Assembly: GCA_051251915.1 (NCBI GenBank) | Contig: JBPOGF010000001.1 | Location: 288,001-352,000, forward strand | Source: Akkermansiaceae bacterium | GTDB taxonomy: Bacteria; Verrucomicrobiota; Verrucomicrobiia; Verrucomicrobiales; Akkermansiaceae | DNA length: 64,000 nucleotides | Reading direction: 5' to 3' | Shown here: piece by piece, positions 10,095 to 18,506 of the stretch | Position numbering within the stretch: the stretch's first letter is position 1 | Layout: every line of letters begins with the position of its first letter | The notes under the pieces: model-generated | What the model was told of the DNA's origin: nothing | What the model saw: only the letters and a program-made list of their open reading frames with translations | Databases searched by the model: none | Made by a program: the position numbers and the translations under genes

Positions 10095-10898
10095 TTATGG
10101 GATGACGATGATTTCATCACCTACTTGGACGTCGACTGGGCCACCGAAGAATGACTCTGCGATGGGGTCTGCGTAGCCTAGCTGAGCACTTTCAATGTTC
10201 CCTAGCTTAACACGACCGATGATGCCACCGGCTTCGCCTCTGCGGATACCTAGGATCTGACCAGTGATGAGATTTTGCGCTCTTTCGAGGTCGAGGACGA
10301 CGATGCCGCTTTCTGGGTCATAAATTTGTACTCTGGCCATGACGAGAGCTTGAGCGATCTCTGCTGCTCTGGCTTCTTCTGGTTGTTTCTGAGCAAGGAG
10401 TTCACTTTGGATTGCACCAGCTTCTTCGTGGAGCATGTTGTTCTCCGCTTCTTGTTGAGATTGTTGTTTCTTGAGTTTGGCGTTTTCGGCTTCGAGAGCT
10501 TCGATTTTAGCTATATCTTCTTCTGATGGGGTGGACTCAGCAATGGTGGCTGGTGGTGGAGTAAGGCTAGGGCTAGGGCTAGGAGCTGTGACAGCAGGAG
10601 CTAGAGGGTTTACGAAAGCTGCGGGTTGGGTAGGTGTGGGTGCAGGTGCAGGAATAGTGGTGTTAGGGGGAGCTGGTAGAGTAGAGGCTGAGTAGGGAGT
10701 TTCGTACTGTCCGTAGGCTACGGGGTTAGCAGCTGCGCGCTCACGCTTGAGGCTATTTTCCAGTCTGACTCTTTCGAGTTCCTCTTTGAGTTCGCTAATG
10801 GATTTTTCATTCGGGTTGCCTTTGGTGGAGTAGGAGTGCACCAGGGCGGCGATGAGGAGCGCGAAAGTGGCGCAGATGAGTATTCTCACAGTGTTCAT
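10095..10898 (-). CDS. Hypothetical protein (N-terminal anchor, Pro-rich linker, coiled coil)
   Basis: 267-aa ORF with host-like codon usage that fills the gap between neighbouring genes. Confidence 0.7.
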   Translation of the reverse strand: MNTVRILICATFALLIAALVHSYSTKGNPNEKSISELKEELERVRLENSLKRERAAANPVAYGQYETPYSASTLPAPPNTTIPAPAPTPTQPAAFVNPLAPAVTAPSPSPSLTPPPATIAESTPSEEDIAKIEALEAENAKLKKQQSQQEAENNMLHEEAGAIQSELLAQKQPEEARAAEIAQALVMARVQIYDPESGIVVLDLERAQNLITGQILGIRRGEAGGIIGRVKLGNIESAQLGYADPIAESFFGGPVDVQVGDEIIVIP

Positions 10899-11008
10899 GG
10901 CAACAGCTTGTGTTTTTTTTTGCTAATACGGAAGGTAAAAATGGTAAAAATGCGCAGATTTTACAATCAGACTTGAGCCAGAGCGAGGATTAGCTCAGAG
11001 TAGGCGGC

Positions 11009-11854
11009 GTGAGCATGAAGGTTTCAGTTTTGGGTAGTGGAAGTGGTGGAAATGCTACGGTGATTTCGTGTACGAGTGGTATCTATCTGATTGATGTGGG
11101 GCTTAGTGCGAAGCAGGTGGTTCTTAGGCTGGAGCAACGGGGGGTAGATCCGGATTCGCTGACGGGGATATTTCTTACTCATGAGCATAGTGACCATGCG
11201 CGGGGGCTGGATGTATTTCTGCGCAATAGGGATATTCCTGTTTATGCAAATGCGCTGACTAAAGAGGCGCTGGAGTATGGAATGAAGAGTGAGATTCGGT
11301 GGAAGGTGTTTCAGACTGGGCAGTTGTTTGAGCTAAGTGGGATATCTGTGACGGCATTTCCGATCCCGCATGATGCCGCTGAGCCGGTGGGGTTTGTGCT
11401 GGAGAGTGAGACTGCGCGGTTTGGTTTGGTGACTGATGTGGGTTATATTACTCAGTCGATGCGAGTTCATCTGAGAGGTTCTGATGCGTTATTCATAGAG
11501 GCTAATTATGATGAAGATTTACTAGAGGCAGACACGAAGAGGCCATGGGCTACTAAGCAGCGTATTGCTTCTAGGCATGGGCATTTATCAAATACTCAGG
11601 CGGGGGAATTTATTGCTGATATAGGGTGTGAGAAGTTGAGCTGTGTTTTACTAGGTCATCTGAGTAGTGACTGTAATAATGCGGCTATAGCGACTGAAAC
11701 CGTTAGTCCTCTTATTGCTGCGTTGCAAGTATCTGATCTCATATGTGCAGATCAGCATCAGCCGACTGAGTGGTTGGAGTTTGGTTCATTACCTAGTAAG
11801 AAGGATGTGTTGGCGGCATTGAGTGGTGATTTGAGTCAGGCTGATTTATTTTAG
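11009..11854 (+). CDS. MBL-fold metallo-hydrolase (YycJ/WalJ-like)
   Basis: Motifs LGSGSGGN, THEHSDH, PHDAAEP, EANYD, GHLSN and HLS. Confidence 0.88.
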   Translation: MSMKVSVLGSGSGGNATVISCTSGIYLIDVGLSAKQVVLRLEQRGVDPDSLTGIFLTHEHSDHARGLDVFLRNRDIPVYANALTKEALEYGMKSEIRWKVFQTGQLFELSGISVTAFPIPHDAAEPVGFVLESETARFGLVTDVGYITQSMRVHLRGSDALFIEANYDEDLLEADTKRPWATKQRIASRHGHLSNTQAGEFIADIGCEKLSCVLLGHLSSDCNNAAIATETVSPLIAALQVSDLICADQHQPTEWLEFGSLPSKKDVLAALSGDLSQADLF

Positions 11855-11915
11855 CTGTGGTTTTTGTTGTTTTTAAATCCGTTGTTAAATGGAGATAATG
11901 GTGTAGCTTTATGGT

Positions 11916-12452
11916 ATGAAATTCAAATTATTGTCGATCATAGCTTCTAGTCTAGGCTTACTCAGTTTATCTTCCTGTGTGGATCCTAATGTTGGTCTGG
12001 CTTCGTATTCTACTACAGCAAGCATTGGTGTGCTACCGACTGGATATAGCACTGTGTATGTGGGAGGTAGTCCTTATTATTATTCTAGAAACTATTGGTA
12101 CACACGGAACAATGGTAGATATTATAGGAGTAATCCTCCTAGGGGATATAGTAAATATGGGTATGCCAATCGTTATCGTGGATCTAGCTACGTTTCGAAC
12201 CAGCATAGTCGCTATGTGCATTCTAGCAGTTATCATCGCGATAATAAGCATTCGAATCACGCGAATCATTCTAATTACACGCGTTCTAACAGCCACGACA
12301 GGAGTAATAGAGCTAAGCCTAATTACTCGAACCGCTCTAGTTCTTCAAATCGCAATAGTGGCTTTAATAGGCCTGTTAGTAGTAGTCGCTCCAGTAGTCC
12401 TGCTAGATCCAGTGTGTATAGAGGGAGCTTGAAGCGTGCTGCGCGAAACTAA
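11916..12452 (+). CDS. Hypothetical lipoprotein with Tyr/Arg/Ser/Asn-rich low-complexity tail
   Basis: Lipobox LSSC after a signal peptide. Confidence 0.7.
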   Translation: MKFKLLSIIASSLGLLSLSSCVDPNVGLASYSTTASIGVLPTGYSTVYVGGSPYYYSRNYWYTRNNGRYYRSNPPRGYSKYGYANRYRGSSYVSNQHSRYVHSSSYHRDNKHSNHANHSNYTRSNSHDRSNRAKPNYSNRSSSSNRNSGFNRPVSSSRSSSPARSSVYRGSLKRAARN

Positions 12453-13342
12453 GAATCTGCGGTTAGCTGAATCATTGTTTGCTTATTTTTGGCTCGTTTA
12501 ACGAAGATGGGGTTGAGTAGATTAGCGAGTACGATGGCTCCTGCCCCGATGAAGAATAGGGGGTGTAGCTTTTCGTGTTCACGGAAAATGAGTGCGGCTA
12601 GGATGATGCCGTAGACGGGTTCGAAATTGATAGCTAGTGTGGATTCGTAGGCGCTGAATGACTTGAGCAGTGTTACGTAGACTGAGAAGGCGTAGACGGT
12701 GCAGACTAACGCTAGAATGGCTAACCAAAGCCAGTCTAGACCGATAGGGATGAAGTGCGTGAACTCTGCGCGGATTACTAGGCTAACTAGTGCGCAGGCG
12801 AGCATGGAACCGAGCATTTCATAGAAGGTGATGACTTCTGGCTCGGCGCCATTTCTGACCATTGTTTTATTGAGCACGGGGAAGATGGCGGAGAATAATG
12901 CTGAGAGGATTCCGCATAGGAGGCCTAGCAGATGTCCGCTTTCTACACCAGCTACCAGGATGATACCGGGGATGACGAGTAGGCTGAGTAAGATCTCATG
13001 TTTGTGAGGGAGGCGCTTTTCTTGGATGGCTTCAGTGGCGGCGGTGAAGAATGAGGCGGTAGCCATGCCGGTGAGGCAGATGGAAATATTCGCTAAGTTT
13101 ACTGCTCCGAAAAATGTGATCCAGTGTGCGCCTAGGATGAGGCCGGTGAATAGAGCTAGGCGCTTGAATGGGAAGTGGACGACTTTTTGTCTGAGCCAGA
13201 TTCCTAGGATTAGTGCTGCGATACCGGTTCGCCAGATGACGAGGGAGTGAGCTGGTAGACTGATGAGTTCACCAAGCACCGCTGTGAATGCGGCGATGAC
13301 TACGATTAGGTGTAGCTTGAAGTAAGGTTTTTTGTCGGCCAT
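12449..13342 (-). CDS. DMT/EamA family transporter
   Basis: About 10 TM segments, HWITFFGA and NFEPVYGI motifs. Start taken at MADKK (13342); the ORF track extends to 13369. Confidence 0.85.
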   Translation of the reverse strand: MADKKPYFKLHLIVVIAAFTAVLGELISLPAHSLVIWRTGIAALILGIWLRQKVVHFPFKRLALFTGLILGAHWITFFGAVNLANISICLTGMATASFFTAATEAIQEKRLPHKHEILLSLLVIPGIILVAGVESGHLLGLLCGILSALFSAIFPVLNKTMVRNGAEPEVITFYEMLGSMLACALVSLVIRAEFTHFIPIGLDWLWLAILALVCTVYAFSVYVTLLKSFSAYESTLAINFEPVYGIILAALIFREHEKLHPLFFIGAGAIVLANLLNPIFVKRAKNKQTMIQLTADS

Positions 13343-13369
13343 CCACTTTATTGAAATGACTACAGGCAA

Positions 13370-14317
13370 TTACAAGCGATTGTAATCCATGGAGTAGATT
13401 TGCTCTCCCTCGCGGAGGTCACCGTTCTCATAGCCTTGCATGAACCAACGCGCACGTTGCTCAGAAGTTCCATGGGTGAAGTGATCTCTGTTTACGCGTT
13501 GGCCGGCTCGCTTCTGTAGCATGTCATCGCCAATTGCTTTGGCGCAGGCCATGGCGCTTTGGATATCTGCTCGGTCGAGTGAGTTGAATTCTTTATCGTC
13601 GTAATGAGCGAAGACTCCGGCGAGGAAATCTGCATGGAGCTCTAGTCTAACTGATTCTCGGTTGTATTCTAATTTAGAAATTTTCCCGTGTTTGCTGTGT
13701 AGGGCGGTAGTTCTTCCAAGGATGTGCTGGATGTGGTGACCATATTCATGTGCAACGACGTAGGCTCTGGCGAATTCTCCTTTGATGCCGAAGTCATCTC
13801 TCATTTGCTCGAAGAATGTGGGGTCTATGTAGATGCGCTGTTCAGCTGGGAGGTAGAATGGCCCCATGCGAGCGTCAGCAACGCTGCCGTCATCCATTTT
13901 AGTGCCGATGCTGTAGATCGCCATTTTCGCTGGGGTGAAGCGGATGTCGTGCTCTGCGAGTTTTTTCGCCCAGAAGCGTTCGTTCATGCCTGTGACTTTA
14001 CTGAGGAAGTCTCCGTATTCGTCATCTGGGGCAGGTTGTCTTGATGTGGTTTGCTCGGTTTGTGCGTTTGACCCTAGAGTAGATTGACCAGCTCCGAACA
14101 GCGATAGAGGGTTAAATTTAAACACGACCATGGCGACGACTAGACCGGCAATTAGCATAAGCTTGGTCTTGCCACTGCCGCGTGAGAATAATGAGAAAAG
14201 GATTTTTCCTATTCCTAGACCACCAGCTAGGCCCATACCTCTGCTGGATCCGCTAGGGACTGATTCTCCTCGGCGGTCTTCTACGTGTTTACTTCCTTTT
14301 CGATCTTTCCAGCGCAT
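13370..14317 (-). CDS. YpfJ-like neutral zinc metallopeptidase
   Basis: Motifs VEDRRG, GPFY.P, AHEYGHHIQ, ELHADFLAG and FTHGTSEQR. Confidence 0.9.
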   Translation of the reverse strand: MRWKDRKGSKHVEDRRGESVPSGSSRGMGLAGGLGIGKILFSLFSRGSGKTKLMLIAGLVVAMVVFKFNPLSLFGAGQSTLGSNAQTEQTTSRQPAPDDEYGDFLSKVTGMNERFWAKKLAEHDIRFTPAKMAIYSIGTKMDDGSVADARMGPFYLPAEQRIYIDPTFFEQMRDDFGIKGEFARAYVVAHEYGHHIQHILGRTTALHSKHGKISKLEYNRESVRLELHADFLAGVFAHYDDKEFNSLDRADIQSAMACAKAIGDDMLQKRAGQRVNRDHFTHGTSEQRARWFMQGYENGDLREGEQIYSMDYNRL

Positions 14318-14443
14318 TATTTTAAATTGGTTATGATGATGACTCTAGAGGATAGATTCGCATTATCAAAGTGCGCAATGTAAATTTTTCAACTTTTGTG
14401 CCCGATAGTTGCCAAATGGAGACAAGTAGTGCAGTCTCGAACT

Positions 14444-14974
14444 ATGTCAGAAGATCAGCATTCTCCAGAATCTCTAGAAAAAGAAAAGCTAGAAAAAGAA
14501 GATCAGCCAGTGAAATCCGACACTTCAGCAGCGGTGACGAAGTTGTTGTTGTTATTGGCGATTGTGTTTGCGCTGACTAAGTGGGGGCTTCCTTTGATGA
14601 ATGGAATGGTGGACGAGTTTAGAAAAACTCAGGAAGTAGATAATTCTGAAGTAAAGGATGAAAAACTTAGCTCTGATGATGGTGAAACGGCACAATCAGA
14701 AATAGCTGGGCCTACAGATGAAGAGAAACTCGAGTCAGCGATAGAGAACGAGATTAACTTATGGATAAAGAAGTCATCGCCTGAGTCCTCAGGAGAGGTG
14801 AAATTTATTAATGCGAATAATGATCATAGTAGACTGGCGGTGGAGTATCTGGAAACTAAGGCAGACGGCGAATCTGAATCTAAGGAGCTGCTATTTACTA
14901 AAGATGAGTTTGGTATTTATATTTTTGTAGATGGAGCTGGTGTTCGCCAAATCCGAGTGCGCCAGCCTAAATGA
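14444..14974 (+). CDS. Hypothetical membrane-anchored protein
   Basis: One TM segment, acidic. ATG at 14444 preferred over the track start at 14396. Confidence 0.65.
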   Translation: MSEDQHSPESLEKEKLEKEDQPVKSDTSAAVTKLLLLLAIVFALTKWGLPLMNGMVDEFRKTQEVDNSEVKDEKLSSDDGETAQSEIAGPTDEEKLESAIENEINLWIKKSSPESSGEVKFINANNDHSRLAVEYLETKADGESESKELLFTKDEFGIYIFVDGAGVRQIRVRQPK

Positions 14975-14980
14975 TATACT

Positions 14981-15874
14981 ATGATGAGCATTGAACGATT
15001 GATCGATTCTTTTATCCTTTATCTTGCTACTGAGAGAGGGTTGTCGTCATCGTACCAGCTTTCTGTTAGGCAGACATTGGAGAAGCTTAGTGGGTGGATG
15101 GAGCTGAAAAATCTTACCCCTAATGATGTGGGGACTGAGGAGTTAGCTGATTTTCTTGCTGTTAGGAAGAAGGAGGGGCTTGCGGCTTCTTCGTTACGGA
15201 TCACTGTGGTGCATTTGAAGGTGTTCTGGCGGTTTATCTCAGGGAGGAACTATGTGACGGTGGATGTGGCTGAGCCGCTTATCGCGCCGAAGCCGAATGC
15301 TACATTGCCTGACTCAGTGCATGAGACTTCGATTAAGGCATTGTTAGATGGGATTGATACGATGAAATTCCTTGGGAAGCGAGATCGGGCGATTTTGGAG
15401 TTGTTCTATGCGTCTGGGTTACGGTTGTCTGAGGTGTGTGGTGCTAGGTTGGAGAATTTGGATTCTGAGGACGGGTTTATACGGGTGACGGGGAAGGGGA
15501 ATAAGACGCGGATTGTTCCTGTGGGGGTGCAGGCTAGAGATGCTGTTGAGCGGTATGTTAAACTTGAGCGGCCTGAGCTGGTGAAGGCTAAGACATCTTC
15601 GCATATTTTTCTTTCTGTTAGAGGTGGGGCGCTGAGTCCGGAGCGGGTGCGGTCTATTGTGAAGCAGCGTGCTTTAGCTGCGGGGATAGACTCCAAGATT
15701 TATCCACATTTGTTACGGCATTCATTTGCTACACATTTATTGCAGAACGGGGCGGATTTACGGGTGATTCAAGAGATGCTGGGGCATGCGGATATTTCCA
15801 CTACGCAGATTTATACGCATGTGGATCAGAAGCATCTGAAGGCTACGCATAAGAAGTTTCATCCTAGGGGGTAG
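14981..15874 (+). CDS. xerD: Tyrosine recombinase XerD
   Basis: RDRAILELFYASGLRLSE, GKGNKTR, HLLRHSFATHLLQNGADLRVIQEMLGHADISTTQIYTHV, and C-terminal HPRG. Confidence 0.88.
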   Translation: MMSIERLIDSFILYLATERGLSSSYQLSVRQTLEKLSGWMELKNLTPNDVGTEELADFLAVRKKEGLAASSLRITVVHLKVFWRFISGRNYVTVDVAEPLIAPKPNATLPDSVHETSIKALLDGIDTMKFLGKRDRAILELFYASGLRLSEVCGARLENLDSEDGFIRVTGKGNKTRIVPVGVQARDAVERYVKLERPELVKAKTSSHIFLSVRGGALSPERVRSIVKQRALAAGIDSKIYPHLLRHSFATHLLQNGADLRVIQEMLGHADISTTQIYTHVDQKHLKATHKKFHPRG

Positions 15875-15938
15875 GTGACGGTAGTGTAACGCTCGATGTG
15901 TGGTCTTATGTGATTGGTGGATATAGTTAATTCGCCGT

Positions 15939-17183
15939 ATGAATATAACAAATACTGAAGCCGGCGCTTTACATAGTGCTGAGGAAACAAGTTCAGGATC
16001 AAGCTATCTTAAGTGGTTGTTTGTTGTTGTGCTTGTTTATGGACTGCTTCTTGCAGTTGGGACTATTGGCTCAGGCTTTAAGCTTGCGGCTGGTGATCAA
16101 GCGAAAGAACTGTTTGCTCTTGCTAGTAACCCGTTCGCGGGACTTGTGATAGGTACAGTGGCTACTGCTTTGATTCAGTCTTCTTCTACAGTGACTTCGA
16201 TCATTGTGGCGTTGGTGGCAGGTGGACTACCTGTTGGTGTTGCGATTCCTATGGTGATGGGGGCAAACATTGGGACGACGATTACTAATACTTTAGTTAG
16301 TCTTGGTCACGTTCGCGATGGTGTTGAGTTCCGTCGGGCCTTTGCTGCTGCAACTGTGCATGATTTCTTCAACTTGATTAGTGTGGTTATTTTCTTACCG
16401 CTGGAGATTATGTTTCACCCGTTGGAGAAGATATCTAAGGCTGTGATAGCGCCGATGCTAGGTGCTGGTAATATGTCATTGGACGGTTTGAACTTCATGA
16501 GCACGCTCACTAAGCCTCCTGTGAATATGGTGAAAGCGGCATTAAATTCTAGCTTTGGTTCTACCGCGGCAGGAATTATCATGGCGGTCGGTGGTGTTGT
16601 GGTGATCTTCTTTGTGATTACTTACATTGGTAAGCTTCTCCGTTCACTACTTGTGGGACGAGCGAAGAAGATTCTCCATGGAGCGATAGGCCGTGGGCCA
16701 TTGTCTGGGATTATGTCTGGGACGGTGGTAACGACGCTGGTGCAATCTAGTTCTACTACTACGAGCTTGGTGGTGCCACTCGTAGGCTCAGGAGTTTTCA
16801 CAGTGCGTCAGATCTATCCATTCTGTCTTGGAGCGAACATTGGAACATGTATTACTGCGTTACTAGCTGCTACTGCAATAAGTGGTGCAGGTGCGGCCTT
16901 TGCGATGCAAATAGCGGTTGTTCATATGGTATATAACTTACTTGGAGTGGTCATCATTTTTGGAATTCCGTTCCTCAGAGAATTGCCTCTTATTGCGGCT
17001 GATTGGCTTGCTAAGATTGCATCTGAAAAGAAAATCTATGCACTTGTTTATGTTGTGGGTGTGTTCTTTGTGATACCAGGTGCATTGATTGCTATTAGTC
17101 ATGCTTTTGATAAAGGGAAAGCAGAGCAAACTCCAACTGTGACATCTGTGGTTGAAAGGGACGCGTCCGGTGAATTTAACTAG
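15939..17183 (+). CDS. Na+/phosphate symporter (NptA/SLC34-like)
   Basis: Two QSSS motifs and two GANIGT motifs. Confidence 0.9.
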   Translation: MNITNTEAGALHSAEETSSGSSYLKWLFVVVLVYGLLLAVGTIGSGFKLAAGDQAKELFALASNPFAGLVIGTVATALIQSSSTVTSIIVALVAGGLPVGVAIPMVMGANIGTTITNTLVSLGHVRDGVEFRRAFAAATVHDFFNLISVVIFLPLEIMFHPLEKISKAVIAPMLGAGNMSLDGLNFMSTLTKPPVNMVKAALNSSFGSTAAGIIMAVGGVVVIFFVITYIGKLLRSLLVGRAKKILHGAIGRGPLSGIMSGTVVTTLVQSSSTTTSLVVPLVGSGVFTVRQIYPFCLGANIGTCITALLAATAISGAGAAFAMQIAVVHMVYNLLGVVIIFGIPFLRELPLIAADWLAKIASEKKIYALVYVVGVFFVIPGALIAISHAFDKGKAEQTPTVTSVVERDASGEFN

Positions 17184-17192
17184 TTAGAAAAT

Positions 17193-17408
17193 ATGATTAT
17201 GAACCAAACAAAACGCGAACGCCTAGAAACTGAATTGAGAGATCTTCGTCATCACGTGGCAGATCTTGAGCACAAGCTACAGTTAGCAATTGAGCAAGAT
17301 CAGCATCAAACGATTGATCATCTTGAAGAGCACATTAACGTTGTTGAAGATCGCTTTAAGGGACTGAAAAGTTTCATTAAGGCTCTCTTTGAGGATAATA
17401 AGAACTAG
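17193..17408 (+). CDS. Small coiled-coil hypothetical protein
   Basis: 71-aa ORF 9 nt after the symporter stop and followed by a terminator. Confidence 0.65.
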   Translation: MIMNQTKRERLETELRDLRHHVADLEHKLQLAIEQDQHQTIDHLEEHINVVEDRFKGLKSFIKALFEDNKN

Positions 17409-17436
17409 AGGCCTTATTTAAGATTAAATAGTAAAT

Positions 17437-17474
17437 AACCGTTGGAGGCGAGAGTGTCTTCAGCGGTTTTTTTT
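17437..17474 (+). terminator. Intrinsic terminator
   Basis: Stem aaccgttggaggc / gtcttcagcggtt followed by a T-run. Confidence 0.75.
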
Positions 17475-17512
17475 ATGGTGGCGAACTGTATGTTTTAGGC
17501 TACGCTTTTCTT

Positions 17513-17860
17513 ATGCAGGTATTAAAAGTGAAATATGTTCTTTGGGCTAAGGATTGGCAGCGTTGTTTGTATTTTTATAGGGATCTTTTTGGTGGGGAGG
17601 TGACGCTGGAGATGGAAGTTTGGAGTGAGGTGAAGGTGGAGAATGCTGTGATAGGGATTCATGGTGGAGGGGAGGGGAAACGGACTTGGACGGGGTTGAG
17701 TTTCCAGGTGGATGATCTGCGTGGGTATATAGCGAAGATGCAGGAGCTGGGTGGGGAGTTGACTGCGGAGCCGAATGATACGGAGGAGGATCCGCTGCAT
17801 TTGGCGATGTGTGTGGATCCGGATGGGAATGAGTTTATGATGACTTGTCCGAGGAATTAA
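17513..17860 (+). CDS. VOC/glyoxalase family protein
   Basis: 115 aa; motifs FYRDLFG, LSFQVDDL and DPDGNEF. Confidence 0.85.
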   Translation: MQVLKVKYVLWAKDWQRCLYFYRDLFGGEVTLEMEVWSEVKVENAVIGIHGGGEGKRTWTGLSFQVDDLRGYIAKMQELGGELTAEPNDTEEDPLHLAMCVDPDGNEFMMTCPRN

Positions 17861-17902
17861 GAATTAAGAATTGGGAATTGGGAATTGGGAATTGGGAATT
17901 AG
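17854..17902. repeat. Heptamer tandem repeat (gaattaa)2(gaattgg)4 gaattag
   Basis: Seven 7-nt units that span the whole space between two convergent genes and include both stop codons. Confidence 0.92.
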
Positions 17903-18363
17903 TAAATTTCTGAGATGTAGGCGGGGCCGATGGGGGTTTGTGGGAGATGGTCTGCGATGGTGTTAGTGATGATTATTTCGCCGATGGGGGATTCTGGGGT
18001 GACGACTGTTAGGGGGGAGTCTTCGTATTCTAGGGTGATGCCGCCGCCGGAGGGGAGAAGGAAGAACTGGTGGTCTGTGTCGTCTTCTGTGGTGAGGATG
18101 ACGATGGAGCCTAGGACGGCGGTGTCTGGGTCGTCTGTGAGGGTTAGGTTGTGGAGTTTGTAGATGGCTTGTTCGAGTTGCTTGGCTTGTTGGGTTTGGG
18201 CGTCTGCGAGGTAGGAGGCTTCGATGCTCTGGGTGTCATATTTGCCTTCAGCTTTGTTGTCATTACCTGTGGATGCTGAGTGAGTTTCTGCGGCAGCTTT
18301 TTTGAGGCTGGCGAGGTCTGATTGTAGTTGGTGGATGACTTGGTTAAGGAGGAGTGATTTCAT
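17899..18363 (-). CDS. GreA/GreB-related transcription elongation factor
   Basis: From MKSLL (18363): coiled coil with KAEGKYDT..EASYLA and C-terminal VVTPESPIG. The track's longer N-terminus overlaps the next gene and runs through intergenic repeats. Confidence 0.8.
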   Translation of the reverse strand: MKSLLLNQVIHQLQSDLASLKKAAAETHSASTGNDNKAEGKYDTQSIEASYLADAQTQQAKQLEQAIYKLHNLTLTDDPDTAVLGSIVILTTEDDTDHQFFLLPSGGGITLEYEDSPLTVVTPESPIGEIIITNTIADHLPQTPIGPAYISEIY

Positions 18364-18442
18364 TTTTGACTGAAGGGGAAAGTTTAAAGGATAAAGTGCT
18401 TTTGCTTTGGTGGCTTGGGTTTTGTGCTTGGGTTGATGGTTT

Positions 18443-18475
18443 TTTTTTACCGCGAAATACACTAAATACACGAAA
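18443..18475. repeat. 33-bp dispersed intergenic repeat, copy 2
   Basis: Identical to 3742-3774. Confidence 0.9.
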
Positions 18476-18506
18476 GTTTGCTTGTTGCTTTGTTGCTTGG
18501 GTTGGG

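Noticed and set aside
14981..15874. Tyrosine recombinase as the integrase of the BREX island
   Set aside because: It has XerD-type signatures and host-like composition, and lies more than 10 kb from the island among housekeeping genes.
3742..18475. 33-bp repeats as CRISPR repeats or as ends of a 14.7-kb mobile element
   Set aside because: There are only two copies, no spacers and no cas genes, and the enclosed genes are housekeeping (hemH, xerD).
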